Shown: positions 1-10,512, counted from the first letter of the stretch. The stretch: 64,000 nucleotides of DNA from a bacterium (GCA_019637795.1 JAHBUY010000007.1:150286-214285), one strand, 5' to 3'. Numbers and translations: made by a program. Notes: generated by a model not told the origin, from the letters alone.

Positions 1-1065
1 CAGGCACCGTCGCCGACTCCCACCCCTGGGGGGGACTGTTGCAGCGTCCACGGCGGAACGGGATGCGATGTCGCGGCCTGCCAGGCGTGCGTCTGTGGAA
101 TCGATGAACCCTGCTGCAACCTGGTGTGGGACCCGACGTGCGTGGCCGAGGCCTCCGACGAATGTCTGTCGCAGTGTCCGTGTACCGCGCCGCCAACCGA
201 GACGCCGGCGCCGAGCCCGACGCCGGGAGGCGACTGCTGTTCAGCCCACGGCGGCCCAGACTGCAACGATAACGCCTGTGCCGCCTGCGTATGCGGGCTC
301 GATCCGGAGTGCTGTAACGGTGTGTGGGATGCGGACTGCGCTTCCGAGGCGAGCGTCGAGTGCGCCCTGGAGTGCGCCTGCCCTGGATCCGAGCCCTGCT
401 GCGGCGCGCATGACAGCGTCTCGTGTGACGATCTGCGGTGCAAGACCTGCGTCTGCGATCTCGACCCCGCATGCTGCACGGATTCGTGGGACCAGCGCTG
501 CGTCGACGAGGCCTCGGTCGATTGTCAGATCGACTGCACCTGCGATGCGCCCGGCAGTTGTTGCGATGCGCACGACGGCATCGGCTGCGAGGTCCAGGCG
601 TGCCAGGACTGCGTCTGCGCCATCGACGCGCCGTGCTGCAGCGACGGTTGGGATGCGCGCTGCGCCGACGAGGCGGCGAACGACTGCGCGGAACGTTGCG
701 GCGCGTGTGCCGCGAACAATTGCTGCGAGGCGCGCGGCGATGCCGGCTGCGGCGACGATGCCTGCCAGGCGTGCGTCTGCAACGTCGACGGCTTCTGCTG
801 CAACGAGCTCTGGGATGCGGGCTGCGTGAGCATCGCAGAGGGCGATTGCCCGAGCGAGTGCAGTTGCGGGAACGCGCCCACCTGCGCCGGTGACTGCGGC
901 GGCGACGGCAGGGTGACGGTCAACGAGCTCATCGCCGCGGTGAACATCGCGCTCGGGAACGCCGCGGTGAGCACCTGTACAGCGGTGGACCGGAATGGCG
1001 ACGGCGATGTCACCGTCAATGAGCTGATTCAGGCGGTGAACTCGGCGCTGAGCGGTTGCGGGTGA
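1..1065 (+). CDS. Cys-rich repeat surface protein with C-terminal dockerin-like (double EF-hand-like) module; 5' end outside window
   Basis: Frame is open from base 1 (QAPSPTPTPGGDCCSVH...). Five ~52-aa units, each with 12 Cys (CC..H...C....C..CVC..D..CC...WD..C...A...C...C.C), then CAGDCGGDGRVTVNELIAAVNIALG...DRNGDGDVTVNELI. Confidence 0.85.
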   Translation, partial: QAPSPTPTPGGDCCSVHGGTGCDVAACQACVCGIDEPCCNLVWDPTCVAEASDECLSQCPCTAPPTETPAPSPTPGGDCCSAHGGPDCNDNACAACVCGLDPECCNGVWDADCASEASVECALECACPGSEPCCGAHDSVSCDDLRCKTCVCDLDPACCTDSWDQRCVDEASVDCQIDCTCDAPGSCCDAHDGIGCEVQACQDCVCAIDAPCCSDGWDARCADEAANDCAERCGACAANNCCEARGDAGCGDDACQACVCNVDGFCCNELWDAGCVSIAEGDCPSECSCGNAPTCAGDCGGDGRVTVNELIAAVNIALGNAAVSTCTAVDRNGDGDVTVNELIQAVNSALSGCG

Positions 1066-1080
1066 ACGTCCGGCGGGCGG

Positions 1081-2118
1081 TCACTGCGGCATGCTGGCCG
1101 CAGTCGTCGTGCCGCTGCTCTGCATCTTGAAGATCAGGTCGGTCACGCGGCCCGCCAGCTTGAGCTTGGAGGCGAGCTCGCGGTTCTGACGGTGCTCGTC
1201 ATCGAGGCGGCGTTGCAGGGCCGCGTTCTCGGCGCGCAGGCTCGTGACGCTGTCGGCCAGGGACACGCCGTCGCCGTCCTGCTGCGCCAGGGCGGCGCGG
1301 AGCTCTCCCTCGCGCTGCTGGCTGGCGGCGAGATCCTGTTGGATGCTGGCGAGGACGCGGCGCTGACGCTCCTTGAGCGCCGCGATCTCTTCGCTGTCCG
1401 CGCCGCTGCGTGCGGTCCGTTCGAGCTGTTGCTGCAGCGTCGCATAGCGCCGTTCGAGATCGCCGCGTTCGCGGCGCTCGGTCGCCAGGGTGTTGCGCAG
1501 CTCGCCGATCTCCTGCTGGGCGGTGGCGAGCTGTTCGCGCAGGTGCTGGTCGACGACGTTGCCGGATCGTTCGTACGGACCGGCGGACGTCTCCTCGAGC
1601 AACTTGGCCATCTCGCTCTCGACATGCTTGCGGCGCTGCATCTCGCTGTCGAGCCGCGTCTCGAGGGTGGCCACCTGCCGTTTCGCTTCGTCGAGCTCGG
1701 CCTCCTTGGCCGCCAGCGCGGCAGCGGATGAGTCGGGTGCTGTCACGCCGCCCGCCAACGGCGCCGAGCTGCCAGTCGTCGACCCACCGCCGGTCTGCTC
1801 CGTGGGTACCGGTGATCCGGAAGGCTGTCGGCGGGCGGCGGCGAGCTGCGTCTGTACGGCGGCGATCGTGCGATCGCGCTCAGCGAGCTGAGCCTCGAGC
1901 TCCTGCACCTGCCGCTCGGCGGGCGTCAGGGGGCGCTGTGGCGCGACCCGCCGCGCATCGGCCGCGGCGTTGTCGTCGGCGCCATCCTCTTCCGTGAAGC
2001 GTTCCGTTTCGGACGGAAGCGTGGGATCAGGTGCGGCTGAAGGGTGGACGCGCGGAATGCATCCCGCCAACAGGACGGCCGCGGCAAACATCCATGTGGC
2101 CCGTTGAAGCCCCATCAC
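1081..2118 (-). CDS. Coiled-coil lipoprotein, unknown function
   Basis: Signal peptide with lipobox LLAGC, followed by long heptad-rich E/Q/R/L helices. Confidence 0.7.
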   Translation of the reverse strand: MMGLQRATWMFAAAVLLAGCIPRVHPSAAPDPTLPSETERFTEEDGADDNAAADARRVAPQRPLTPAERQVQELEAQLAERDRTIAAVQTQLAAARRQPSGSPVPTEQTGGGSTTGSSAPLAGGVTAPDSSAAALAAKEAELDEAKRQVATLETRLDSEMQRRKHVESEMAKLLEETSAGPYERSGNVVDQHLREQLATAQQEIGELRNTLATERRERGDLERRYATLQQQLERTARSGADSEEIAALKERQRRVLASIQQDLAASQQREGELRAALAQQDGDGVSLADSVTSLRAENAALQRRLDDEHRQNRELASKLKLAGRVTDLIFKMQSSGTTTAASMPQ

Positions 2119-2204
2119 CCCTCCACCAACCGACGCGGCCGCGAGGCTAGACCCAACGGGTCACCTTGTCCAGGCATGATTCTCGGGCTCGGCCGCGCCG
2201 CCTA

Positions 2205-2954
2205 CTACGCGGCCGGGAGGGGCACCTCGACATAATCGCGTCGACAGGGTGGGCCAGGCGCGTGCCAGTACCGCAGACGGCCGGCGGCGTCGGCGGCCAC
2301 GACCGAGGACGAGCGGGTCCCATAGCCGGGCAGGTGCACACAGAGCGTGTCGATGATCTCGGCGCGAGGGTCCAGGGCGGTCGAGTGGTCGGACAGGATG
2401 GTGCGGAGCGCCGGCAATAGCGCCGGAACCTCGGGCGCCGCGGCGAGGTCGAGGGCGCGGAAGCGCTGTGACGACTTGGCGATCCGCGGGCAGGTCGGGT
2501 CGTTGAGCTCGAGATTGGTGAGCAGATGCACCCCGGGTTCGAGCGGTGCGATCTGCATGGCGCCGCCGCGGTTGGTGGCGACCAGTGCGGCGGCGTGGTC
2601 GGCTATCAGGAGGCTGAAAGGGTTGTAGGCGCTGCCGTCCTCGCCTTCGAGCAGGCGCCGGGCGTTGGCAATCCCACGCTGCTGGAGCACCGACAGAGTC
2701 AGCAGGCCGCGAGACCGCAGGCTCGCGTCGGGCCCGCCACGACTTCTTCGGTTGAGCAGGCCGACGACGAGGCCGGCCTGGTTGACGCCGAACCAGGTAC
2801 CGCCGGCGCTGAGGTCCTGCCCGCCGACGACCCATGGATCCGCTGCCAACTGGCGCGGGTCGGCGGTCGGGCGATCGAGGAATTCGTCGCGATTGGCGGC
2901 GACCAGCAGCGGCAGGGAAGGGGCGCAGCCCACGTACACGGCCAGGGTACACAC
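2205..2954 (-). CDS. NRDE/TANGO2 family protein
   Basis: GTG start gives MCTL...; motifs AANRDEF..RP, GGQDL.AGGTW, SRGLL, YGTRSS. Confidence 0.9.
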   Translation of the reverse strand: MCTLAVYVGCAPSLPLLVAANRDEFLDRPTADPRQLAADPWVVGGQDLSAGGTWFGVNQAGLVVGLLNRRSRGGPDASLRSRGLLTLSVLQQRGIANARRLLEGEDGSAYNPFSLLIADHAAALVATNRGGAMQIAPLEPGVHLLTNLELNDPTCPRIAKSSQRFRALDLAAAPEVPALLPALRTILSDHSTALDPRAEIIDTLCVHLPGYGTRSSSVVAADAAGRLRYWHAPGPPCRRDYVEVPLPAA

Positions 2955-3206
2955 GCCGAATGCGCTAGCGAGGCGGCGGGCCGCTGGCAAATACCCGGGG
3001 CGCGGAAGCGGTGCCACCGCCGCTCCCCGGCCGCCGCGCCGGAACCGTCGATTGTGTGCGTCGGACCCCTGTGGTAGCCGATTTTCATCGCACGAACGGC
3101 TCCACGATGCTGGAGAACGGACCTTGGACACGAGGTCCGCGCCCAGACGAGAATGGCGCCAGTCGAGGCCAGTACGACGCGCAGCCAGCCACCGCCGGGA
3201 GCCCGC

Positions 3207-4160
3207 ATGTTTGCCAGTATCGACGACGTCATCACCCAGTTCGCCGCCCAGCGCTACATCTGCAACCGGCGCATCGCCACGGTGGTCTACCTGGCCACCC
3301 ACCTCGAGAAGCCGATCCTGATCGAGGGCCCGGCGGGCGTCGGCAAGACCGAGCTCGCCAAGGTGGTGGCCGCGGCGCTCGACCTCAACCTGATCCGTCT
3401 GCAGTGCTACGAGGGCCTCGACGAGGCCAAGGCGCTGTACGAGTGGGAATACGCGAAGCAGCTCCTGTACACCCAGATCCTCAAGGACAAGATCAGCGAA
3501 GTGATCGGCGGCGCGGCGTCGCTGCGCGAAGCCGTCGACCGCATCGCCACGCAGGATGACGTCTTCTTTTCCGACCGCTTCATCCTGCCGCGGCCGCTGC
3601 TGCGCTCGATCACCTCGGCCGAACGCACCGTCCTGCTGATCGACGAGATCGACAAATCCGACAGCGAGTTCGAGGCCTTCCTGCTCGAGGTGTTGAGCGA
3701 CTTCACGGTCAGCGTCCCCGAGCTCGGCACCTTGCGGGCGACGCATGTGCCGATCGTCCTGCTCACCAGCAACAACGCGCGCGAGATGTCGGACGCGCTC
3801 AAGCGACGCTGCCTGCACCTCTACATCGACTTCCCCTCGAGCGCCCAGGAGCTCGAGATCGTTCGCCTGAAGGTTCCGGATATCGGCCCACAGCTCGCGG
3901 CGCAGGTCGTCGAGGCGGTGCAGCGGGTGCGCAAGCTCGACCTCAAGAAGGTGCCGAGCATCAGCGAAACCCTCGACTGGGCGCGCACCCTGACCCTGCT
4001 CAACGCCACGCAACTCGACGAGTCGTTGGTCGAGGACACGCTGACCGCGATCCTCAAGTACGAGGGGGACATGCGCAAGGCGCAGGACGAGCTGAAGGCC
4101 TTCCTGCAGCAGCCAGCCGCTGCGGGCGGGCAGGGGAACGGCAGCGACGTCCGTCACTGA
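3207..4160 (+). CDS. MoxR-family AAA+ ATPase (CoxD-like)
   Basis: Walker A EGPAGVGKTE, RLQCYEGLD, Walker B LLIDEIDK, DALKRRC. Confidence 0.9.
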   Translation: MFASIDDVITQFAAQRYICNRRIATVVYLATHLEKPILIEGPAGVGKTELAKVVAAALDLNLIRLQCYEGLDEAKALYEWEYAKQLLYTQILKDKISEVIGGAASLREAVDRIATQDDVFFSDRFILPRPLLRSITSAERTVLLIDEIDKSDSEFEAFLLEVLSDFTVSVPELGTLRATHVPIVLLTSNNAREMSDALKRRCLHLYIDFPSSAQELEIVRLKVPDIGPQLAAQVVEAVQRVRKLDLKKVPSISETLDWARTLTLLNATQLDESLVEDTLTAILKYEGDMRKAQDELKAFLQQPAAAGGQGNGSDVRH

Positions 4161-4164
4161 GGCG

Positions 4165-5574
4165 ATGGACGACCGGATCGTCGATTTCACGGCGCTGCTG
4201 CGCGCCAACGGGCTGCGGGTCTCCATGTCCGAGCACCTCGACGCCTTCCACGCCGTCGCCGCGCTCGGCATCGCCGACCGCGAGGTGTTCAAGGACGTGC
4301 TGCGCAGCACGATGGTGAAGCGCAGCGTCGACCTCCCCGTCTACGACGAGCTCTTCGATCTCTACTTCGCCGGCCTCGGCCGGGCGATCTCCGAGAACTC
4401 CGAGGCGGCGATGAAGGCCCTGCAGCTCAATCCGCAGGAGTACCAGGCCCTGATGGAGCAGCTTGCCGAGCTGCTCCAGGACCTCAACATCAACCTGTCG
4501 CAGCTTGCGGAGGCGTTGCTCCGCAACGACAGCGGCCGACTCGAGCGCATGTTGCGCGAGGCGGCGGACCAGGCGCAGGCGCAGGGCATCGAACGCTCCT
4601 ACCAGGAGGGGCGCTACAGCCACAGCACCGCCCAGAGCCTCGGCCTCGGCGGGCTGAGCGAGGAGCTGGAACAGCTCAAGGAACAGCTCGGCCAGGCGGG
4701 ACTGTCGCCTGAGCTCAACGAAGCGCTGCGGCGGCTGATCGATCAACGGCTGCGCGACCTGCGGGAGATGATCCGCCGTACCGTCCGCCTCGAGCTCGAG
4801 AAGCGCGACCAGACGCAACGCGAGAAGAACCGCCTCGCCAGTCTGGCGGAGAAGAGCTTCTACTATCTCTCCGAGGACGAGATGCGGCGGATGCGCGAGG
4901 CGGTGACGAAGCTCGCGCAACGCTTGAAGAACGTGGTCTCGATCCGCCGCAGGCGCGGCAAGCGCGGCAAGTTCGACCTCAAGGGCACCCTGCGCAAGAA
5001 CCTGCAGTACGGCGGCGTGCCGTTCCGCATCCAGTTCGACCGCAAGATCAAGGACAAGCCGCAGGTGCTGGTGCTGTGCGACGTGTCGGATTCGGTGCGC
5101 AACGTGTCACGCTTCATGCTCCAGTTCGTGTATTCGCTGCAGGATCTCTATTCGCGCGTGCGAAGCTTCATCTTCGTCAGCGAGATCGGCGAGATCACTC
5201 AGCTTTTCGAGGAGAACGACACGCAGCGGGCGATCGAGCAGGCGCTCACCGGGTCGATCATCAACGTCTTCGCCCACTCGGATTTCGGCCGCGCGTTCAA
5301 GACCTTCCATCGCGATCATCTCGGGGCGGTCAACAACCGCACGACGGTGATCATCCTCGGCGACGCGCGCAACAACTACAATCTGGCGCAGGAATGGGTG
5401 CTGCGGGACATCCAGGCGCGCGCCAAGCAGCTCATCTGGCTCAATCCCGAGAGCCGCCTCACGTGGGGGTTTGGGGACTCGGAGATGGACCGCTATCTGC
5501 CGTTCTGCGACCTCGTCGAGGAGTGCCGGAACCTGAATCAGCTCTATCGCGTCGTCGACCGCCTGGTGCGCTGA
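4165..5574 (+). CDS. VWA-domain CoxE-like protein
   Basis: MIDAS-like LCDVSDSV, IILGDARNNY, IWLNPE..W..GDS; immediately follows the MoxR gene. Confidence 0.9.
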   Translation: MDDRIVDFTALLRANGLRVSMSEHLDAFHAVAALGIADREVFKDVLRSTMVKRSVDLPVYDELFDLYFAGLGRAISENSEAAMKALQLNPQEYQALMEQLAELLQDLNINLSQLAEALLRNDSGRLERMLREAADQAQAQGIERSYQEGRYSHSTAQSLGLGGLSEELEQLKEQLGQAGLSPELNEALRRLIDQRLRDLREMIRRTVRLELEKRDQTQREKNRLASLAEKSFYYLSEDEMRRMREAVTKLAQRLKNVVSIRRRRGKRGKFDLKGTLRKNLQYGGVPFRIQFDRKIKDKPQVLVLCDVSDSVRNVSRFMLQFVYSLQDLYSRVRSFIFVSEIGEITQLFEENDTQRAIEQALTGSIINVFAHSDFGRAFKTFHRDHLGAVNNRTTVIILGDARNNYNLAQEWVLRDIQARAKQLIWLNPESRLTWGFGDSEMDRYLPFCDLVEECRNLNQLYRVVDRLVR

Positions 5575-5638
5575 TGCGCACCGATGAGCGGGCGAAAACG
5601 CGTTGACCGAGCGAATTCTTTCTGGGCACAATTCCCGT

Positions 5639-6160
5639 ATGAGCCGCGAAGACGCGATCCCGATGACCGTCGGCGGGCTGACCCTCGATCCCGCGACCAA
5701 GACGCCGATCGTCATTCTGCGCGACGACGACAACAAGCTGAACCTCCCGATCTGGATCGGCCTGCTGGAGGCGACCGCGATCGCCACCGAGCTCGAGGGC
5801 ATCCAGATGACGCGGCCGATGACTCACGATCTCCTGCGCAACCTCATCGGCGAGCTCGGCGCCACGGTGCAGAGCATCGAGATCTCCGACCTGCGCGACA
5901 ACACGTACTATGCCGTCATCAATCTCGTCGTGGACGGCGCGCCCCGCATCATCGATTCCCGACCCAGCGACGCGATTTCCCTGGCACTGCGCGCCAAGAG
6001 CCCGATCTACGTCGCGCGCCGTGTGCTCGAGGCCTCGAGCGTGCTGCAGCAGGGCGAGAGCGGCGACAACGTCGAGAGCAACCTGTCCAACGTCTCGCGC
6101 GACAAGTGGTCGGAGATCCTCGAGAAAATGTCGCCGGACGACTTCAAGTACAAGATGTGA
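5639..6160 (+). CDS. Bifunctional nuclease family protein (DUF151)
   Basis: LPIWIG..EA.AI, RPMTHDLL, IDSRPSDAISLALR. Confidence 0.9.
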   Translation: MSREDAIPMTVGGLTLDPATKTPIVILRDDDNKLNLPIWIGLLEATAIATELEGIQMTRPMTHDLLRNLIGELGATVQSIEISDLRDNTYYAVINLVVDGAPRIIDSRPSDAISLALRAKSPIYVARRVLEASSVLQQGESGDNVESNLSNVSRDKWSEILEKMSPDDFKYKM

Positions 6161-6258
6161 CCTCAACCAGGCCGGCACCGGGTGTCGGCCTATTCCGGGA
6201 TCGCGTTCGTCGCCCGTGCGGCGCGCGACGCCCGAAAGTCCGCGGAGGGGAGACGATC

Positions 6259-6918
6259 GTGGCGGAGAAGGCGCGCCTGTCGCACAAGGAAGCGAAGCAA
6301 CCAGACGAGTTCATCACCCTGACCAACCAGGCCATGGCCTGGGGGCGGGCGCACCAGCAGACGGTCATCTGGAGCGCCATCGCCGTCGCTGTCCTGATAG
6401 CCGCTCTGGGGATCGCCACCGCCTACCGCAGCGCGCAGCGCCGGGACGCCAACGCTGACCTGGCGCAGGCGGTGGCGAAGATCCAGAGCAATGACCTCGC
6501 CGGCGCCATCACGGACCTGAACACCGTCACCGAACGCTGGTCCGGGACCGAGGTCGCGCGCATCGCGACCCTGATGGCCGCGAACACCGCGTTACGCCTG
6601 GGTGACCCGGACAAGGCGCTCAGCGCTCTCGCCAGCATCCCATCGTCGAGCCTGCCGGCCTACCTGCAGCAGCAGATGCTGCTCGCCTGGGGCACGGCCC
6701 TCGAGGACAAGGAGCAGTGGGCGGACGCCGCCACCAAGTACCGCGCCGCAGCGGCCATCGCCGGCCCGTACACCGGCACGGCGATCGTCGCTGAAGCCCG
6801 TACCACCGAGCTCGCCGGCGACAAGGAAAAGGCGCGTACGCTGTATCGCCAGGCCTACGAGCAGTTCCCGGATCTACCGGGCCGCGAGGTCCTGACGAGC
6901 AAGATCTCGGCGTCCTGA
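6259..6918 (+). CDS. YfgM-like TPR membrane protein
   Basis: N-terminal K..KQPDEF, single TM helix, TPR-like helices; GGAGGGG SD upstream of GTG. Confidence 0.75.
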   Translation: MAEKARLSHKEAKQPDEFITLTNQAMAWGRAHQQTVIWSAIAVAVLIAALGIATAYRSAQRRDANADLAQAVAKIQSNDLAGAITDLNTVTERWSGTEVARIATLMAANTALRLGDPDKALSALASIPSSSLPAYLQQQMLLAWGTALEDKEQWADAATKYRAAAAIAGPYTGTAIVAEARTTELAGDKEKARTLYRQAYEQFPDLPGREVLTSKISAS

Positions 6919-7040
6919 TCGCCTCGGGCGGCGGCGAGCCATTCCAGGGACGTCAGCCGGCTCAGGTCACATAATCCATCTTATCAGACGTTGAACCGAG
7001 GCGACCGGCGAGGCGGCACCGTTGGCTCTTGCCGGGCCGG

Positions 7041-8198
7041 CTACCCCCGTTCCCCGGGATCGAAGAGTTTCCGGTGCTCTTCGAGCGCGAACCGGTCGGT
7101 CATGCCGGCGATGTAGTCGGCGATGATCCGCGGCAGCGGATCGCCGACCCGGGCGTGGCGCTCGAGGATGTGCGGGGGCAGTTGCTGCGGCTCGCTCATG
7201 TAGGCGCCGAAGAGCTCGCGCATGACGCGCTTCGCCTTCTCGAACATCCGGATGACCTTGTAGTGGCGGTACAGGTTGTCCATCAGGAATGCCTTGAGCT
7301 CCTGACGCTGGGTTTCGACCTCCGGGCTGTGTCCCACCAGCGGCTCGCCGTGGGCGCGAACGTCGTCGAGCGTCTCGGCGCCGGCCGCGGCGAGCCGGCG
7401 TTCCAGGGTCTCGATGAGGTCGGTGACGAAGCGGTCGATGATCAGCCGGATGGCCTGGTAGCGCCAGATGCGTTGGCTGGCGTGCGGCGAGCGGTCGCGA
7501 ACGGCGCGGTACGCGTCGCGCCAGAGCCCTACCCCGTCGAGTTGCTCGAAGGTCAGGAGGCCGGATTTCAGCCCGTCATCGATGTCGTGGCTGTTGTAGG
7601 CGATCTCGTCCGTGTAGTCGACGAGCTGGGCCTCGAGGCAAGGTCCGCGCCCGGGCTCGAAGGCGGCGGCCAGCGGCTTGTCGTACGGGGGGGTGTGCTT
7701 GACGATGCCCTCGCGCACCTCCCAGGTCAGGTTGAGCCCGGGGAAATCCGGGTAGCGCTCCTCGAGCACGTCGACGATTCGCAGGCTCTGGGCGTTGTGT
7801 TCGAAGCCGCCGTGCGCCGTCATGAGATCATTGAGGACGCGCTCGCCGGCGTGGCCGAAGGGCGTGTGTCCGAGGTCGTGCGCCAGCGCCACCGCCTCCG
7901 CCAGGTCGGCGTTGAGGCGCAGCGACTTGGTGATGGTGCGGGTGATCTGGGCGGCTTCCATCGTGTGGGTCAGACGGGTGCGGTAGTAGTCGCCCTCGTG
8001 GTTCACGAAGACCTGGGTCTTGTACTCCAGGCGGCGGAACGCGGTGCTGTGGATGATCCGATCGCGATCGCGCTGGAAGGCCATGCGGAACGGGTGTTCG
8101 CTCTCGGCGTGGACCCGACCGCGCGTGGCGGCGCTGCGTACGGCGTAGGGCGCGAGGAGGCGGTTCTCCAGTTCCGCGAACTCCGCGCGTGTCAGCAT
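7041..8198 (-). CDS. dgt: dGTP triphosphohydrolase
   Basis: FQRDRDRIIHS.AFRRL..KTQVF, RTRLTH, HD motif AHDLGHTPFGHAGE, DYIAGMTDRFA. Confidence 0.95.
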   Translation of the reverse strand: MLTRAEFAELENRLLAPYAVRSAATRGRVHAESEHPFRMAFQRDRDRIIHSTAFRRLEYKTQVFVNHEGDYYRTRLTHTMEAAQITRTITKSLRLNADLAEAVALAHDLGHTPFGHAGERVLNDLMTAHGGFEHNAQSLRIVDVLEERYPDFPGLNLTWEVREGIVKHTPPYDKPLAAAFEPGRGPCLEAQLVDYTDEIAYNSHDIDDGLKSGLLTFEQLDGVGLWRDAYRAVRDRSPHASQRIWRYQAIRLIIDRFVTDLIETLERRLAAAGAETLDDVRAHGEPLVGHSPEVETQRQELKAFLMDNLYRHYKVIRMFEKAKRVMRELFGAYMSEPQQLPPHILERHARVGDPLPRIIADYIAGMTDRFALEEHRKLFDPGERG

Positions 8199-8358
8199 GG
8201 GCGGCGTCTACCACGGGGTATGTGGAGCGACCAGTGGAGGCCTCCTGCGGAGCGACATTTTTCGGACGCCGAGCGGCAGGCGTCGACGCGGCGCCAGGCG
8301 CTGGCCGCTGATCTCGGCGGGCGCCGCATCGCTGGGCGCTTGGCATGCCGATTGTTGA

Positions 8359-10269
8359 ATGCGCCCAACCGTGATGGTCGCACTTCGCGGTGGGCACGGC
8401 GCGCAGGTCCTCGTCTGTCTCTCTCTACTCCTCGTCTCGACGGCGGCCGATGTCGCCCGCGGGGCCAGTGGCATGGCCCCGCCGGTACCGGGGCGTCTCG
8501 TGCTTCGAGGCCGTGGCGGGCTGGACCCCGAGGCGCTGCAACGGGCGCTGAACGCGGCCGGAGCGCGCCGGGTCGAGAGCGTGGATGGCGTCGAGGGCAC
8601 CGTCGTCGAGGCCGATCCGGCGACCCTGCTCGGAGTGGCCGACAGCCTGCGGCGATCGGGACTCTTCTCGAGCGTCGAGCGCGATCAGCAGGTGCGGATC
8701 GCGGAGCCGGACGATCCGTACTACCAGTCGCAGTGGGGCCTGCCGCGCGGCGGCGTGCCCGCGGCGTGGGCGCTCTCGTCCGGCGCTGGCGTGACGGTGG
8801 CGGTGGTCGACACCGGCGTCGATGCCAGTCATCCGGATCTCCAGGGGCAGTTGCTCCCCGGCTACGACTTCCTGAACGACGATCCCTACCCCAACGACGA
8901 CAACGGTCACGGCACGCGCATGTCCGGCATCGTCGGCGCCGCGTGCGACAACGGTGAGGGCATCTGCGGCGTCGCGCCGGGGGCGATGGTCCTGCCGATC
9001 AAGTCGCTCGACGCCCAGGGCTACGGCCCGTACAGCGCCGTCGCCAACGGCATCATCTACGCCGTCGATCACGGCGCGCGCATCGTCAACCTGAGCCTGG
9101 TCGGCACCGCGCCCTCGAGCATCCTGCAGGCAGCGGTCGACTACGCGGCGGCGCACGACGTGATCGTCGTCGCGGCGGCGGGCAACTTCGGCACCGACAC
9201 GCCCGGCTATCCCGCCGCGTCGACTGGCGCGGTGGCCGTGGCGGCGATCAATGACGCCGACGGACACCCGAGCTTCTCCAATTACGGTCCCTGGGTGAGC
9301 ATCTCGGCCCCGGGTGTCGACGTGGTGACCACCAGCCCCGGCGGGTACGCCGCCTCGACCGGCACCTCGCCTGCGGCTGCGTTCAGCTCCGGCGTGTTCG
9401 CGCTGCTCCTGGCCGCCAACCCGGCGCTGAGCCGCGCCGACGCGGTCGCCCGCGTGCGCGCCGGCGCGGTCGACCTCGGGGCGAGCGGGTGGGATCCGTA
9501 TTTCGGTTGGGGACGGGTCGACGCCTACGGCGCCCTGGTGCCGGGCCAGGTCGGCGCGCCACCACCCGACACCACGCCGCCGACCATCGGCATCCTCAGC
9601 CCGACCAAGGGCAGTCTGCAATCGAACATGGTGGCGGTCGACATCGCCGCCAACGACAACGTCGGCGTCGGCCGCGTCGAGCTCTTCGTCGACAACCGCT
9701 GGTACGCCACGATGACCGCCCCGCCCTACTCCTTCGTCATCGACGCCGGCACCCTGGAAGCGGGCGATCACAAGCTCCGCGCCTATGCCTACGACACCAG
9801 CAACAATGTCGCGAAGACCAAGAACCAGAAGGTGTCCTTCACCCCGGGCACCGGCTTGCTGGTCACCCATACGGTGGTCAAGCCGTCGAGCGTCTCGGTG
9901 AGTGGCAAGTTCGCGTTGCCAGCCGGCGTGGCGTTCAACCCCAGCGCCGACGACGTCGTCGTCACCCTGACCTCGGCCGACGGAACGCTCCTCTCGGCGG
10001 TCGCCAAGGCCGGCTCATTCAACGTCAGCGGCAGCGGCAAGATGCAGGGCATCATGTCGCCAAGCGTGCCGAGCACCGGCTCGGTGCGCCTGACGGCCAA
10101 GAGCGACATCACCGACCAGCCGCTCTACACGTTCAAGATCCGCGCCTCGAACCTCAGCGGCATGAGCGCCCGCCAGTCCCTCATGAATCTCGGGATCGCG
10201 GTTGGCGGCATCCAGCTCTCCCAGAGCCTGCCGTGTCGCGCCAAGGGGAGCACCCTGCTCTATCCGTAG
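8359..10269 (+). CDS. Secreted S8 subtilase with Ig-like C-terminal domains (start uncertain)
   Basis: Catalytic triad VAVVDTG, GHGT, GTS; AAAGN oxyanion motif; DTTPPT..I.SP / V.RVELFVD Big-type domain. Confidence 0.9.
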   Translation: MRPTVMVALRGGHGAQVLVCLSLLLVSTAADVARGASGMAPPVPGRLVLRGRGGLDPEALQRALNAAGARRVESVDGVEGTVVEADPATLLGVADSLRRSGLFSSVERDQQVRIAEPDDPYYQSQWGLPRGGVPAAWALSSGAGVTVAVVDTGVDASHPDLQGQLLPGYDFLNDDPYPNDDNGHGTRMSGIVGAACDNGEGICGVAPGAMVLPIKSLDAQGYGPYSAVANGIIYAVDHGARIVNLSLVGTAPSSILQAAVDYAAAHDVIVVAAAGNFGTDTPGYPAASTGAVAVAAINDADGHPSFSNYGPWVSISAPGVDVVTTSPGGYAASTGTSPAAAFSSGVFALLLAANPALSRADAVARVRAGAVDLGASGWDPYFGWGRVDAYGALVPGQVGAPPPDTTPPTIGILSPTKGSLQSNMVAVDIAANDNVGVGRVELFVDNRWYATMTAPPYSFVIDAGTLEAGDHKLRAYAYDTSNNVAKTKNQKVSFTPGTGLLVTHTVVKPSSVSVSGKFALPAGVAFNPSADDVVVTLTSADGTLLSAVAKAGSFNVSGSGKMQGIMSPSVPSTGSVRLTAKSDITDQPLYTFKIRASNLSGMSARQSLMNLGIAVGGIQLSQSLPCRAKGSTLLYP

Positions 10270-10512
10270 ATTCGTCGGCGCAGTGCCGAGCCTGGGGCGG
10301 ATCGGTCACCCCCTTTGCCGGGGACGGTGGCGCCTGTCAGCGGCCCGCGAACCAAGGCACAGCGGCGCTGTGGGGGGCGCCCGGCAGACCGCCCTGGCTG
10401 CGCCGCGACGCTAAGCCGAGCGGCGCAGTGGATGCCTCTGGTCGTCAGCACAACGCGCAGCGCGAGTGCCGGCCGACGGGTGGGACAGCACCCACCTCGT
10501 CGGCCGCGGGTA

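Noticed and set aside
2955-4310. 701-aa ORF apparently extending the NRDE protein
   Set aside because: The upstream part is the antisense shadow of the MoxR gene; NRDE begins at MCTL (2954).
6918-7041. AT-richer intergenic stretch as a possible ncRNA
   Set aside because: I could not match it to 6S, SRP, tmRNA or any riboswitch consensus; only a short weak hairpin.
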